Notes: generated by a model from the letters alone, not told the origin. A stretch of DNA of 61,297 bases, filler included, from 6 parts of 6 records of this genome joined end to end with filler, not necessarily neighbours in it, one strand, 5' to 3'; numbered from the whole stretch's first letter, positions 20,048-30,309 are shown. Translations and numbers: made by a program.

Positions 20048-21069
20048 TGCAGTATGAGCTTCAGCAGGTAACACAGCAATATAATGGTAGGATCGTTTTA
20101 AATATCAACAGTCTGGAGATTATATCCGGAAAAATTTACGGCCTGCTAGGTGCCAATGGTGCAGGTAAAACAACGTTGTTTAATATTCTTGCATTTTTGG
20201 AGCCTCCTGCTTCGGGCCAGGTTTTTTTTGCTGGCCAGTCTGTTTTTTTCGGACGAACGGAATTGTATAAACTCCGCAAGCGAGTTGTGATGGTTGATCA
20301 GTACCCCATTATGTTTACCACTACGGTGTGTAAAAATATTGAGTTTGGTCTTAAGATTCGAGGCATGGAAAAGGAGCGTCGGCAGGCGGTGATTGATGAG
20401 GCCCTTGATATGGTCGATTTGGCTGCCTACCGGAGCGCATCTGCTGCAGAGCTTTCCGGCGGAGAAACGCAGAGACTGGCACTGGCCAGAGCGCTGGCCC
20501 TCTCTCCGGAGGTGATGTTGTGCGATGAGCCAACAGCTAATGTTGATGCTGAAAACCAAGCAGTTATTCGTGCGCTGTTGACCAGAATCAACCAGGAAAC
20601 ACGATGCACTATTTTATTTACCTCTCATGATCGTCTGCAGGCAGCAGGGCTTGCCGATGAAACAATTGTTCTTGAGAAAGGAGAGGTGGTCGATACGAGC
20701 TATGAAAATATTTTTTCGTGCACCCTGGAAAGCAAGGGCGGGGGGCAAAAGGTTTGTCTCTTGCAGCAAAAAGTACCTTTTAATTTACCAGGGTCCGTTC
20801 CTGAAAAAGAGGGGCGCGGCTACCGGGTTTATCTTGATCCTAAAAAGATTAAACTCTTTCAAGGGGGGCAACAGTCTCAACAGGGCCCGGGTGTGCTTTC
20901 GGGCAGTATCAGCCTGATGATGGCGGAAGGGGAGAAGGTGCGGTTGATAGTTAATGCTGGTGTGATGGTAACCGTGCTTTTATCGGTTCCGGAATATCAG
21001 CTGTTGAGGCTTGCCATTGGTGATGCAGTGACTCTTAAATTAAGACCAGATGCTGTGGAATGGTTGTAG
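20047..21069 (+). CDS. tupC: tungstate ABC transporter ATPase with C-terminal TOBE-like domain
   Basis: GANGAGKTT, LSGGETQR, CDEPT; start overlaps the tupB stop. Confidence 0.88.
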   Translation: MQYELQQVTQQYNGRIVLNINSLEIISGKIYGLLGANGAGKTTLFNILAFLEPPASGQVFFAGQSVFFGRTELYKLRKRVVMVDQYPIMFTTTVCKNIEFGLKIRGMEKERRQAVIDEALDMVDLAAYRSASAAELSGGETQRLALARALALSPEVMLCDEPTANVDAENQAVIRALLTRINQETRCTILFTSHDRLQAAGLADETIVLEKGEVVDTSYENIFSCTLESKGGGQKVCLLQQKVPFNLPGSVPEKEGRGYRVYLDPKKIKLFQGGQQSQQGPGVLSGSISLMMAEGEKVRLIVNAGVMVTVLLSVPEYQLLRLAIGDAVTLKLRPDAVEWL

Positions 21070-21220
21070 TAAATATAGGTTTTACAAGACCTTGGTTAGG
21101 AACGTCAGGAAACACCTTAATCAGGTGGATGCAAACAAAAGGTTAAATTTGCCTCCTCAACATCTCTACTGCCAGAGTCTGAGACGGACTGCGATCAGGT
21201 CTGAAACAACTCATTATAAC

Positions 21221-22894
21221 TTATTGATCCAAGGCGTCCCTGACTGCACCAGCTAAAATTTCTCTCGTAACCGGTTTCATAACAAATTTTTTGATTCCAA
21301 TTTCGTGAGCTTTTTTTTCTGAAAGTATCGAACTATATCCTGTACACAGGACTATGGGGATTTCAGGCCGAATTTTTAAAATTTCAATTGCCAGCTCCTC
21401 TCCTGTAAGGTGCGGCATGGTCTGATCTGTAATAATAGCATCATATTTTTCAGGGGAGGAACGGAAGGCATCAAGTCCTGCTTTACTGTTGGTCATTGTA
21501 ATAACAGTATATCCAAGATCCTCCAAAATCTCCTTGTACATATCAACGATATCTTCCTCATCATCAATCACCAAAAGTCTTTCGTTGCCAGGAAGGATTG
21601 TTGTCTTCACTTCCGGGTCAAATGCAATATATGGCTGGCTAACAATTGGAAAATAAACATGAAATTCGCTTCCCTTGCTTAGTTCATTTTCTACGTGGAT
21701 GTATCCTTCAAAACTTTTAACGATACCATGAACCATTGCCAGCCCTATGCCGCTGCCTTTACCAACTTCTTTTGTTGTAAAATATGGTTCGAAAATAGAC
21801 TTGTGCAAATTTTCTTCAATACCGCAACCAGTATCCATTACCACCAGTTCAACATACGATCCTGCTGGTACATTGGGTTTGTTTATTACGTCAGAGGCTT
21901 TTAAAATTCCTTCGTGCAGCTTAACTGTTAATAGCCCTTTTTCAGCTTCCATTGCGTGAACGGCATTTGTGCAGAGGTTCACAAGAATTTGATGGATACC
22001 GATTGGGGTCGCAAGAATAGGTTTACACTCAGGGTCAATTTGCTGCTCGATTTCTATTGTTGCAGGTAACGTTGAACGAAGCAGCTTGAGTGCCTCGAGT
22101 ACAAAAGGAGAGGGGTTTATGGGGTAGGTGTATTGATCCTCTTTGCTAAAGGCCAGAATCTGATGAATTAATTCGGTAGCCCTTTCGCTGCCTCGTAAGA
22201 TTGGTTCCAGGTATCTGTTTAAGTCACTTGAAGGCGGAATTCTTCGCTGGAGAAGTGCGGTGTATCCAGTAATAGATTGTAGAATATTGTTGAAATCATG
22301 AGCTATGCCACCTGCCAATTTGCCAACCGCATCCATCTTTTGAGTGTGCAGCAGCTGCGCCTCTAGTTCCCTTTGTTTCTGATCTGCCGCTCTTTGAGCA
22401 GTTATATCTTTGATAATACAATATGTTTGCTGGAACTCACCGTGGGGCTTTTTTCCTATCCGTCCATCAAGGTTCACGAACAGAATAGAGCCATCTTTTT
22501 TAATCATTTCAAACTCAAAGCCAAGTATTTCACCAATAGCTTTGAGCTTCGGGAAGTTTTCTCTAAATTGTTTCTGCCATTCCGGCCCTAAAAAATCCCC
22601 GAAGTTTTTACCAATGACCTCGTCCCTTGAATAACCTAAAATATCCAGCCATGCCTTATTGATATCTATAAGACATCCATCTTCATCCAGGGATTGATAT
22701 CCTAAGGGAGATCGATCATAAAGATCTCTTAAATACGTATTTTCTTGAACTAGAGTTTCTGTTCTATTTTCAAGTTCCGTGATTCGTGATTTCAGGTCTT
22801 CAAGCTCAGATAAAAGCAGCTCATCTTTCGAATTGTGAGATGTCGTAACGAATTGTAAGAATATTTTTTGAGAAGTATCCGTATTAATTTTTAG
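21221..22894 (-). CDS. PAS-HisKA-HATPase-REC hybrid histidine kinase; true start uncertain (frame open to 22894, first ATG at 22507)
   Basis: AHDFNNIL H-box, NLCTNA, DTGCG, GSGIGL, REC with DQTMP; upstream 129 codons translate to a coiled coil plus the first half of a PAS domain. Confidence 0.85.
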   Translation of the reverse strand, partial: LKINTDTSQKIFLQFVTTSHNSKDELLLSELEDLKSRITELENRTETLVQENTYLRDLYDRSPLGYQSLDEDGCLIDINKAWLDILGYSRDEVIGKNFGDFLGPEWQKQFRENFPKLKAIGEILGFEFEMIKKDGSILFVNLDGRIGKKPHGEFQQTYCIIKDITAQRAADQKQRELEAQLLHTQKMDAVGKLAGGIAHDFNNILQSITGYTALLQRRIPPSSDLNRYLEPILRGSERATELIHQILAFSKEDQYTYPINPSPFVLEALKLLRSTLPATIEIEQQIDPECKPILATPIGIHQILVNLCTNAVHAMEAEKGLLTVKLHEGILKASDVINKPNVPAGSYVELVVMDTGCGIEENLHKSIFEPYFTTKEVGKGSGIGLAMVHGIVKSFEGYIHVENELSKGSEFHVYFPIVSQPYIAFDPEVKTTILPGNERLLVIDDEEDIVDMYKEILEDLGYTVITMTNSKAGLDAFRSSPEKYDAIITDQTMPHLTGEELAIEILKIRPEIPIVLCTGYSSILSEKKAHEIGIKKFVMKPVTREILAGAVRDALDQ

Positions 22895-22957
22895 TTATAC
22901 CTAAATCCTGCAATTGCCGATTTTTCTGGAGATGTGAGGCACCGGAGGCGCAGACGT

Positions 22958-23057
22958 NNNNNNNNNNNNNNNNNNNNNNNNNNNNNNNNNNNNNNNNNNN
23001 NTTAATTAATTAANNNNNNNNNNNNNNNNNNNNNNNNNNNNNNNNNNNNNNNNNNNN
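22958..23057. other. artificial contig linker
   Basis: N-run around TTAATTAATTAA (stops in all six frames). Confidence 0.98.
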
Positions 23058-23760
23058 AAGCGTTTCTTTTTAAGGTTGAATCGGTAACTGTTCGGCCAAT
23101 ACAATATTTACTGAATCCTGAAGTTTTTATCCGTTGTTCGCGTAAGGCTCTAGCCAGTGGTGAATCCGAAGGAGAGCCTTCTGATTTGATTTCAACAATA
23201 ACCAGTTCGTTTAGTGTAATTTGTTTGTTGTCGTTCTTAAAACGTAGGTCGAAATCGATGGTGCATCGTTCTTTAAAGTTTTTGTTTACCAGTGTAATAC
23301 GTGTAAATTTATTGGTTAAAGAAGGAGAAAGATCCTTTGCCGGAAAAGGTGTAAGTTCCTGCAAAAAGTTGCTTTCGTTTGCTGTAAAATGTTTGTTTTC
23401 GAATGCACCAGGAATACGTTTTTTTATGGTTCGCCCTTTGTTGTTTTTAAACTTCACTTCGAGAAAACTGATCCCGCTGGATACATAGGTACGGCGCCTG
23501 ATTTTGTAACGGTTTAATTTGCCGTTGTGGTGAGCCGAAAACATACGGTTCTCATCCGTGTCGAAATAAATGGTTGAATAAGGCAGTGCAACATCACCGT
23601 CAATATTTAGTATAAAATAATCGCGCTGAACAAGGTTTAACAGAGATTCAAGATCTGATTTATTGAACCAGTATTTGGTGTCTGTACGGTTCATTAAACG
23701 TACCTGATCCATTTCTTCCAACTTAATGGGATCAAATAATTCTGTTTTTGCTGTTCTCAT
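23058..23760 (-). CDS. VTC/polyphosphate polymerase domain protein (3' truncated)
   Basis: RTDTKY, YSTIYFDT, KIRRRTY, FLEVKFK, ERCTID, VEIK, FSKYC. Confidence 0.9.
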
Positions 23761-24044
23761 AGTAATTACGTTTTTATTACGAATTAATTACAGAAACATT
23801 AAAGTTCTTTTTGTTACTACAGCGAAAATCGGATATACCCTAATTCTGCAACCTGAATACATTCTTAAAAAGTGTTACAAATCAACTATATATGTTTGAA
23901 GAGTAGTGAAAATAAGGCAGGTAAGCTATATTCTAATACAAAATGAATAAAAGAGGAGCTTTTACGAATGCATAAAAAAAGGTTAACTAAAATGGGAAGA
24001 CCTTAATGATCTTCCCATTTGTATGGTATAAACTGATTGATTTT

Positions 24045-26108
24045 TTAGTTGATGTCGGATGTGGTATTGTTCCAGCCCGGCAATGAGACCGTAGCCTGGT
24101 AGTTGGAATAGTTGTACATGGGATTGCGTTGAGGCTGGTACAGTTTACCTTTTTTAGGGTTGTCTTCCTGGGTATAAATCCAAATGGAGTAATGATCCCA
24201 AACCACAATTTCATCGCGGCAATCGCCAAAAAGGTCGATTACGGCATTGCACATATCCGGATGTCCGTCGTCGGGAAAATCAAGCACTCTGCGACCCCAA
24301 CCATCGTATACCCCTCCTTCGGTGATGTTGGCACTCATTACAAAAAGTTCTTCCGTTTTGCCGGTCCAGTTTAGCGGCAAACACATGCTGCCATATTGGT
24401 TGGGCTCAATCGATTGGTATACATCTCCGTTGGCATCGAAATAATGAACAATGCCCTGATTGCCCCAGAAATTGATGGAGACCGTTTCAAGACCCGGGAG
24501 ATCGTCGCGAAAGTTGGCCACGGCCGGGTTTTGTACATGGCCTAAAAAATGATGCTTGAAAATGTTTCCGTTAAGATCGGCAAAAAACATTCCTTCGTCG
24601 CTGGCCGCGCACATTACAACCGGATCGTCATCTTCTTTGTATTTTAAAATGGCAATTCCGTCGGTATGGTCTTCCAGTTGATTCTCCAGGTTCCAGAGAA
24701 TTTTACCATCATCATCAAGAAGGCTGTAACCAATGGCCAGCTCATCTTTCCCGTCGTTATCGGTATCGTAGGCGTACGGGAAATGACCTGTTTTTACAAA
24801 GTTATACCAAAGTGGCTTTAGATCTCCGGTATAGGCCCAAACTCTTTTGTACCGGTCTTTAAGTATAATGTCTCCGTCGTAACCTTTGCCACTCAGGTCG
24901 CAAAAATACAGACAGTCGCCCAGTATCTGGTCGAATTTGTTTTGTCGCTCTCCGGCAACCTTATCTTTAAGCATTGGTGTTGGTGCTGAGTATAAGGTTC
25001 TTCCCGTGCTTCCTTCGGCAATTATAATTTTAAAGTTTTTGCAATAAATTACTTCGTTTTTCCCGTCGTTGTTAATGTCGTGAACTTGTACGGCAACATC
25101 GTTTGACAGATCCCCGTTATCTCGATCAGGAACCCCCAGTTGCCAAATTACAGAACCATCGGTGCGCATGGCTGTCATACATCCCACTTCGCTGTTGGCA
25201 TCGCGGGGGCCATGCCGTTTTACCTGGGTAACCAGAATGTCAGTTGCCCCATCGTTGTCCAGATCTCCAAAACGCAGATTGCGTCCAACTCCAAACTCAT
25301 GGGTATTCATTTTTTTCCACAGTTTCATTTGGGGCATTCCTTTTTTAGCGGTTGCCACTTCTTGTGCATAGTCCTTTTCCCGTTTTGCAATCGCTTCCAC
25401 CTCTTTCCCGGATGCAGTTACTTTTACCTGGTTATATCGTACCGGCCCATCAGACATGAGGGCAATTCGGCCAAGTTTATAACGGTTATCCTTAGCTGTT
25501 AAAGTAATGCCCTGCACTTTTCCGTTTAGTTGGTCGCCGCTAACCGTAAATTTCATTTCAATGGGTTTCGAGAAGTCAATCTGTATGGTTTCCTCTGCCA
25601 ATATTTCTTCGTAGGGTTGGCGAAATGCTTTGGCATGGTTTACATATTTTAGCTGAACTTTTCCCTGGTGTAAACAAAGTGCATAATAACAACGATCATT
25701 TTGATACCTTGTAATGATACCGCTCATTCTATCGTCGTTTTCCAGTTCAAGATTAACCGTTAGTTCGTAGTTTTCCCAAAAGCGGTTTCCTGAGCAAAGC
25801 ATCGGATGTGCATGTGCTGTTTTATTGTCGTATTCCGATACCATTTGGCTTTCACCGGCTTTGTTTGCCTCCACTTTCCAGGCCAGCATAAACGGTACGT
25901 CAAAACGAAAGGTACTCACCTCCCAATTGCCTTTTGGTGCAGCTTCGTGCAAATAATGGTATTCGGTATGTGCACCAACTGCCACAGCGTATTGACCGCG
26001 TTGTATTCCGCTAAAATCATCGAAAAAGATGGTTTCAGAAGTGGGGGAGCATGCGTTAAAAAGAACTGCTAACAGGGAAAACAACAAAAGTGAAATAAAA
26101 TTCTTCAT
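24045..26108 (-). CDS. lipoprotein with beta-sandwich domain and FG-GAP/PL11 rhamnogalacturonan-lyase-like beta-propeller
   Basis: Lipobox LFNAC; repeated Ca-binding DxDxDG motifs (GDLDNDG, HDINNDG, YDTDNDG, DLFGDCRDE); C-terminal RNPMYN. Confidence 0.7.
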   Translation of the reverse strand: MKNFISLLLFSLLAVLFNACSPTSETIFFDDFSGIQRGQYAVAVGAHTEYHYLHEAAPKGNWEVSTFRFDVPFMLAWKVEANKAGESQMVSEYDNKTAHAHPMLCSGNRFWENYELTVNLELENDDRMSGIITRYQNDRCYYALCLHQGKVQLKYVNHAKAFRQPYEEILAEETIQIDFSKPIEMKFTVSGDQLNGKVQGITLTAKDNRYKLGRIALMSDGPVRYNQVKVTASGKEVEAIAKREKDYAQEVATAKKGMPQMKLWKKMNTHEFGVGRNLRFGDLDNDGATDILVTQVKRHGPRDANSEVGCMTAMRTDGSVIWQLGVPDRDNGDLSNDVAVQVHDINNDGKNEVIYCKNFKIIIAEGSTGRTLYSAPTPMLKDKVAGERQNKFDQILGDCLYFCDLSGKGYDGDIILKDRYKRVWAYTGDLKPLWYNFVKTGHFPYAYDTDNDGKDELAIGYSLLDDDGKILWNLENQLEDHTDGIAILKYKEDDDPVVMCAASDEGMFFADLNGNIFKHHFLGHVQNPAVANFRDDLPGLETVSINFWGNQGIVHYFDANGDVYQSIEPNQYGSMCLPLNWTGKTEELFVMSANITEGGVYDGWGRRVLDFPDDGHPDMCNAVIDLFGDCRDEIVVWDHYSIWIYTQEDNPKKGKLYQPQRNPMYNYSNYQATVSLPGWNNTTSDIN

Positions 26109-26298
26109 TATTAGGATTTATAAGCTTTGATTTAGAAATACAAATGTTGGCGTAAAAGTACAGTTTTTGGTAAAAAAGAGGACGGTTAAGAATAAAAAGT
26201 ATTGTTTATATATCAGCTTTCGGAAAGTTCATTATTGATCTGCGACACCCTATAAAACATATTTGTAAGAAAAGCTTGGCATTTAACAAAATTAATTA

Positions 26299-26306
26299 TA
26301 GATTTG
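26299..26306 (+). promoter_or_regulatory. Bacteroidota-type -7 promoter element
   Basis: TAGATTTG matches TAnnTTTG. Confidence 0.5.
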
Positions 26307-26507
26307 GCACTAAGGTTTACAAACCCAGAAAACCGATTTTTTAAAAGGCGTAATTTTTATCAACATCTACATTTTGTCCGAATGATTTGTGTTTGGTAGA
26401 ATTGTGCACTTCCTAAATGAGTTTGGGAAGTATCGTTAATTCGTGCTTATGCGGTTTGTAATCCGTTTTTAGGGAACAACTAATAAGTGGATTAATTTTA
26501 CATAAAC

Positions 26508-26858
26508 ATGAGAAAACCAGGGTCTTTCGGTGTTATAATAATGGCTGTTATTGTAACTGTTTTTCTGTTTAATTCCTGTCAATCCAGTGAGGATCTGTCT
26601 GAACCAATTGTAATGATGGAGGTAAAATCTTATGGTGACGGTGTATTTTTATTGGATGCAACAAATTCTGTTGCAGTTGAGGAGATTCGTTGGAGTATGC
26701 CCGGTGTGATCAACGACACAATTTGGGAAGATTTTATGTTTGGGAAAGCTAAGGCAATTCAGCTACCTGATATAAACTCTTTATATGAGTTAACGGTAAC
26801 AGCGCGAAACAGTGTTGGCGAGGTTAGCGAAACCAAAACGATTAAAGCAGAAATATAG
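26508..26858 (+). CDS. small lipoprotein, PKD/Ig-like
   Basis: Lipobox LFNSC; LDATNS..W..YELTVTARNSVG pattern. Confidence 0.65.
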   Translation: MRKPGSFGVIIMAVIVTVFLFNSCQSSEDLSEPIVMMEVKSYGDGVFLLDATNSVAVEEIRWSMPGVINDTIWEDFMFGKAKAIQLPDINSLYELTVTARNSVGEVSETKTIKAEI

Positions 26859-26961
26859 TTGCTTGGATTGATAAGCACAGGCATAAATTGTTCTCCGGTC
26901 AGGAGCGATGCTGCTGTTTTGTAGGTGGTTAATAAGGTTGGCCAACTAAAAGGCATCCTTC

Positions 26962-28065
26962 TTAAGCATGGAATACCAAAAGCGGAATATGCGCATGGTA
27001 AACCATTTTCCGGGCCAGACTTGGATTAAACAGTCTTGAAATCATATTTCTTTTGTGCGTAGTAAGTGCCAGCAAATCAATGTTTTCATTTTCGAGATAC
27101 CCCTCAAGAGTGTCTTGTACATCTTTGCCCATAATTAATTTGCACTCGAATTGTTTATGCTCATACTTTTTATGCAATATGTCTTTCATGCCTTCAAGTC
27201 GTGCCAAATCCCAACCATACGCATCGGGTTGTCCGACATGAGAACAGGTAACTTTTACATTAAAAGGTTTTAAAATGGTCATTAACTTATCAAGAGCAGT
27301 AAAATCTTTAGCGTCGAAATTTGTGGCATACAGTACTTCTGTGTACTGGTTCAGTGGTTTGCTCTCCATCTCTTCGGGGATAACAAGTACAGGAACCGTT
27401 GCGTTGTACATTATATCAGCGGTTACACTGCCTACTGTTCCCGGCCACGATTTGTCTCCACCTCTGCCAATAATAATCAGCCTGATCGGGTGTTCTTTCA
27501 CATAGGCGAGAATGTCTTCTTCGGCCATGCCGGCTTTAATAATGTATTCCGGATTAACCTTTTCCCATTTTTCAGCACCAATAATCTGTACCAGGTTGGC
27601 CATAAAGTTTCTAAACTGGCGATTGGCTTCTTTTTCGGCTTCCTCGGTGTCTTTCATTAACGATGAATCGTATGGATAGATCTCACCATAAGGAATAGAA
27701 AAACGAATGGGACTCAGGTACGAGTGCATGATTACCAGCTGGACTTCCAGGTGACTGGCAATATTAAAGGCCATTTGAACCGCCTTTTCAGATACCGGTG
27801 AAAAATCAATTGGAACAAGAATTTGACCGGCTTTTTTGGGGTGTTCTTCTGTTTTGGGTTTTAAACCGAGAAAGGAGTCGACCTCCTCGAATGCAGCATT
27901 AAGATCATTTTCCAGGATTTTTACACGAACCGTTGATGTTGTAGCTCCTTCAATCAGGTGCACATCTTCCAGTTCGCACTTAATCCCTCTTGCCTCGAGC
28001 CGCATCTTTAATACATGCGCCTTTGCAAAAGGCAAGACAACAATGGTTACTAATTTTTCGTTCAT
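26962..28065 (-). CDS. universal stress protein (tandem USP) with N-terminal DUF2007-like domain
   Basis: ILVPIDFS, GSVTADIM..PVLVIP, LYATNF, PLLVFH. Confidence 0.88.
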   Translation of the reverse strand: MNEKLVTIVVLPFAKAHVLKMRLEARGIKCELEDVHLIEGATTSTVRVKILENDLNAAFEEVDSFLGLKPKTEEHPKKAGQILVPIDFSPVSEKAVQMAFNIASHLEVQLVIMHSYLSPIRFSIPYGEIYPYDSSLMKDTEEAEKEANRQFRNFMANLVQIIGAEKWEKVNPEYIIKAGMAEEDILAYVKEHPIRLIIIGRGGDKSWPGTVGSVTADIMYNATVPVLVIPEEMESKPLNQYTEVLYATNFDAKDFTALDKLMTILKPFNVKVTCSHVGQPDAYGWDLARLEGMKDILHKKYEHKQFECKLIMGKDVQDTLEGYLENENIDLLALTTHKRNMISRLFNPSLARKMVYHAHIPLLVFHA

Positions 28066-28223
28066 GGCTCTAAGTTTTTAGTTTCTGTATTATTTTATAT
28101 GTCTTTTAAATTGGTTTGGTTTCAGAATAAGCATAGAAATTTGATGTTATCAATAATTAAAGCAGGGATTCGTTGTGCAAAATTTTGTTTTCTATCTTTA
28201 TGTTTCATCTAAAAACAAGAAAA

Positions 28224-28538
28224 ATGTATATACCGGCAGAATCGAGGTACGATAATATGAAATACAACCGTTGTGGAAAATGGGGATTAAAACTACCTGC
28301 TGTTTCACTGGGTTTGTGGCATAACTTTGGCGGAGTAGATGTTTTTGAAAATAGCCGTTTGATGCTGCACCGGGCTTTTGATTTGGGCATTACCCATTTC
28401 GATCTGGCCAATAATTATGGTCCCCCTCCGGGATCGGCCGAAGAAAATTTTGGAAAGATTCTGAAGCAGGACTTTGCTGCCTACCGCGATGAATTGGTTG
28501 TTTCAACCAAAGCAGGATATTTAATGTGGCCCGGACCT
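28224..28538 (+). CDS. aldo/keto reductase, L-glyceraldehyde-3-phosphate reductase (YghZ/Gpr) type, 3' truncated
   Basis: SLGLWHNFG, THFDLANNYGPPPGSAE, STKAGY. Confidence 0.92.
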
Positions 28539-28638
28539 NNNNNNNNNNNNNNNNNNNNNNNNNNNNNNNNNNNNNNNNNNNNTTAATTAATTAANNNNNN
28601 NNNNNNNNNNNNNNNNNNNNNNNNNNNNNNNNNNNNNN
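28539..28638. other. artificial contig linker
   Basis: N-run with TTAATTAATTAA. Confidence 0.98.
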
Positions 28639-28664
28639 GGAAAAATAAAAGCTACTTTTTTCAT
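28639..28664 (-). CDS. fabD: start of malonyl-CoA:ACP transacylase (fragment)
   Basis: AAGGAG SD, MKKVAFIF(P); slyD-fabD order is typical of Campylobacterota. Confidence 0.6.
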
Positions 28665-28684
28665 ATATAAACTCCTTGTAGACT

Positions 28685-28721
28685 AAAAAGCTCCCATTTC
28701 TAATGAAATGGGAGCTTTTTT
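28685..28721. terminator. bidirectional intrinsic terminator after slyD
   Basis: AAAAAGCTCCCATTTC-TAAT-GAAATGGGAGCTTTTTT. Confidence 0.85.
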
Positions 28722-28752
28722 ATTTATCATAATATTTTGGTTAATCTTAAGA

Positions 28753-29367
28753 TTAGTGGTTTTTACATCCTTCGCCATCGTGTCCACCACAACACTCATG
28801 CTCTTCACCATGTTTTTCACCACCACAGCATTCAACCTCTTTTTCAGCACCTGAATGATCATGTGAACCACAACCTCCAGAACCACATCCACAACCACCC
28901 ATAGCAGCCATTCCACCAACTACACCAGTTTGGATCTCCTCTTCTGTTGCAGCCCTTACATCTAAAATAGCTACAGAGAACATTAAAGTTTTACCAGCTA
29001 ATGGATGGTTATAATCAATTGTTACTTCACTATCAGTAAACCCTTTTACCATAACTTGTACAGTTTGTTGATCTTCACCTGTTCCATAAAGAGTCATACC
29101 TTCTACTAGATCGATTCCAGCAAATTGCTCTTTTGGTAAAGTTTGTTGTGCTTCTTCATTATATTCACCATATGCTTCAGCTGCTGGAACCATTACATCT
29201 TTTTTTTCTCCAGCAGTTACATTTTCTAACTCTTTTTCAAGTCCTGGGATAATTTGTCCCATTCCGCTGATAAATTCTAGTGGATTTCCACCAACATTTG
29301 TGTCTAACTGTTCTTTTGTATTTGCATCAGTTAATGTATATTCTATTGATACTACGTTATTTGACAT
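28753..29367 (-). CDS. slyD: FKBP-type PPIase with Cys/His-rich metal-binding tail
   Basis: GQIIPGLE, AYGE, DYNHPLAGKTL, GGCGCG...ECCGG tail. Confidence 0.92.
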   Translation of the reverse strand: MSNNVVSIEYTLTDANTKEQLDTNVGGNPLEFISGMGQIIPGLEKELENVTAGEKKDVMVPAAEAYGEYNEEAQQTLPKEQFAGIDLVEGMTLYGTGEDQQTVQVMVKGFTDSEVTIDYNHPLAGKTLMFSVAILDVRAATEEEIQTGVVGGMAAMGGCGCGSGGCGSHDHSGAEKEVECCGGEKHGEEHECCGGHDGEGCKNH

Positions 29368-29396
29368 CTTTTGTTTCCTTTATATAAATTTTAAAA

Positions 29397-30287
29397 TTAT
29401 TTGATTTTTTTAGAAGCTTGCTTTGCTTCAGGTGAATCTGGATAAATATCTATTAATGTTGAATAGAAACTTTTTGCATTGTCATTGTCACCAAGCTCTT
29501 CAAATGAGATTGCACTATGTAATAAAAGCTTTGGAAGCCATTTTGCTTTATCATAAAGCATCATACTTGTTTTAAAGTAATGCAGAGCATCTTTATAGTT
29601 TTTTCTATAATAGTTGATCTCACCAAGATAATAGTTGTTTTCAGCTGGCCTATAGTTTTGTGAAATAAGATACTCTATTACAGGAATTGCTTTGGTGAAA
29701 TAATCTTTTTTAAACAAAACTCTTACATCTTTCATCAAAGCAGCTTTTGATTTTTTTGGTACATCAGGTTTTGCAGCTTTTTTAACTACTGTTTTTTTAT
29801 CGATCTCTTTAAGAAGATCTTTGAAATCATTTCTACTTACATACTCTTTATTGATCTTGTTGATAGTTTCTACAAGATTATCCATAGATTCTTTTAAAGA
29901 TTGGACATTTTGGGTATTTTGTTCTATCTGTACTTGTAATGATTTGAGAGTTTCAATATTATCATTGATTTTTTCCCTATCAAAATCACTTTGGCTTTGT
30001 ACTTGATTAAACTCACGTGAAAGTTTATTGAGTTTTTGACTTTCACCCTCAACAATTGATTCTAAGCCATCAATTGTTTCACTCATCTGCTTGATTTTAG
30101 AATCAAACCGATTGACTTTTTTTTCTGTCTTTTGTAAACTTTTCTTATTATCAACAATAACTTTTTCTGTTGGAGTCAATCCATATGGCTCAGGTGCATT
30201 TAAATCACCTGCTCCAAAAACAGAAACCTCTGCTCCGTGCGAAAATGTTAAAAAAAGGAAAAATAAACTAAAAAAACTCTTGAACAA
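29397..30287 (-). CDS. cpoB: Tol-Pal associated coiled-coil/TPR protein (YbgF/CpoB)
   Basis: Signal peptide, long coiled coil, TPRs ending YPDSPEAKQA; follows pal. Confidence 0.8.
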   Translation of the reverse strand: MFKSFFSLFFLFLTFSHGAEVSVFGAGDLNAPEPYGLTPTEKVIVDNKKSLQKTEKKVNRFDSKIKQMSETIDGLESIVEGESQKLNKLSREFNQVQSQSDFDREKINDNIETLKSLQVQIEQNTQNVQSLKESMDNLVETINKINKEYVSRNDFKDLLKEIDKKTVVKKAAKPDVPKKSKAALMKDVRVLFKKDYFTKAIPVIEYLISQNYRPAENNYYLGEINYYRKNYKDALHYFKTSMMLYDKAKWLPKLLLHSAISFEELGDNDNAKSFYSTLIDIYPDSPEAKQASKKIK

Positions 30288-30309
30288 TTATATCTCTTTA
30301 TACGAAAAA

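Noticed and set aside
22958-23057. Recurrent TTAATTAATTAA within N-runs as a biological repeat or CRISPR
   Set aside because: Identical 100-nt format at five places; an artificial six-frame-stop linker. ORFs running into it are artefactually extended.
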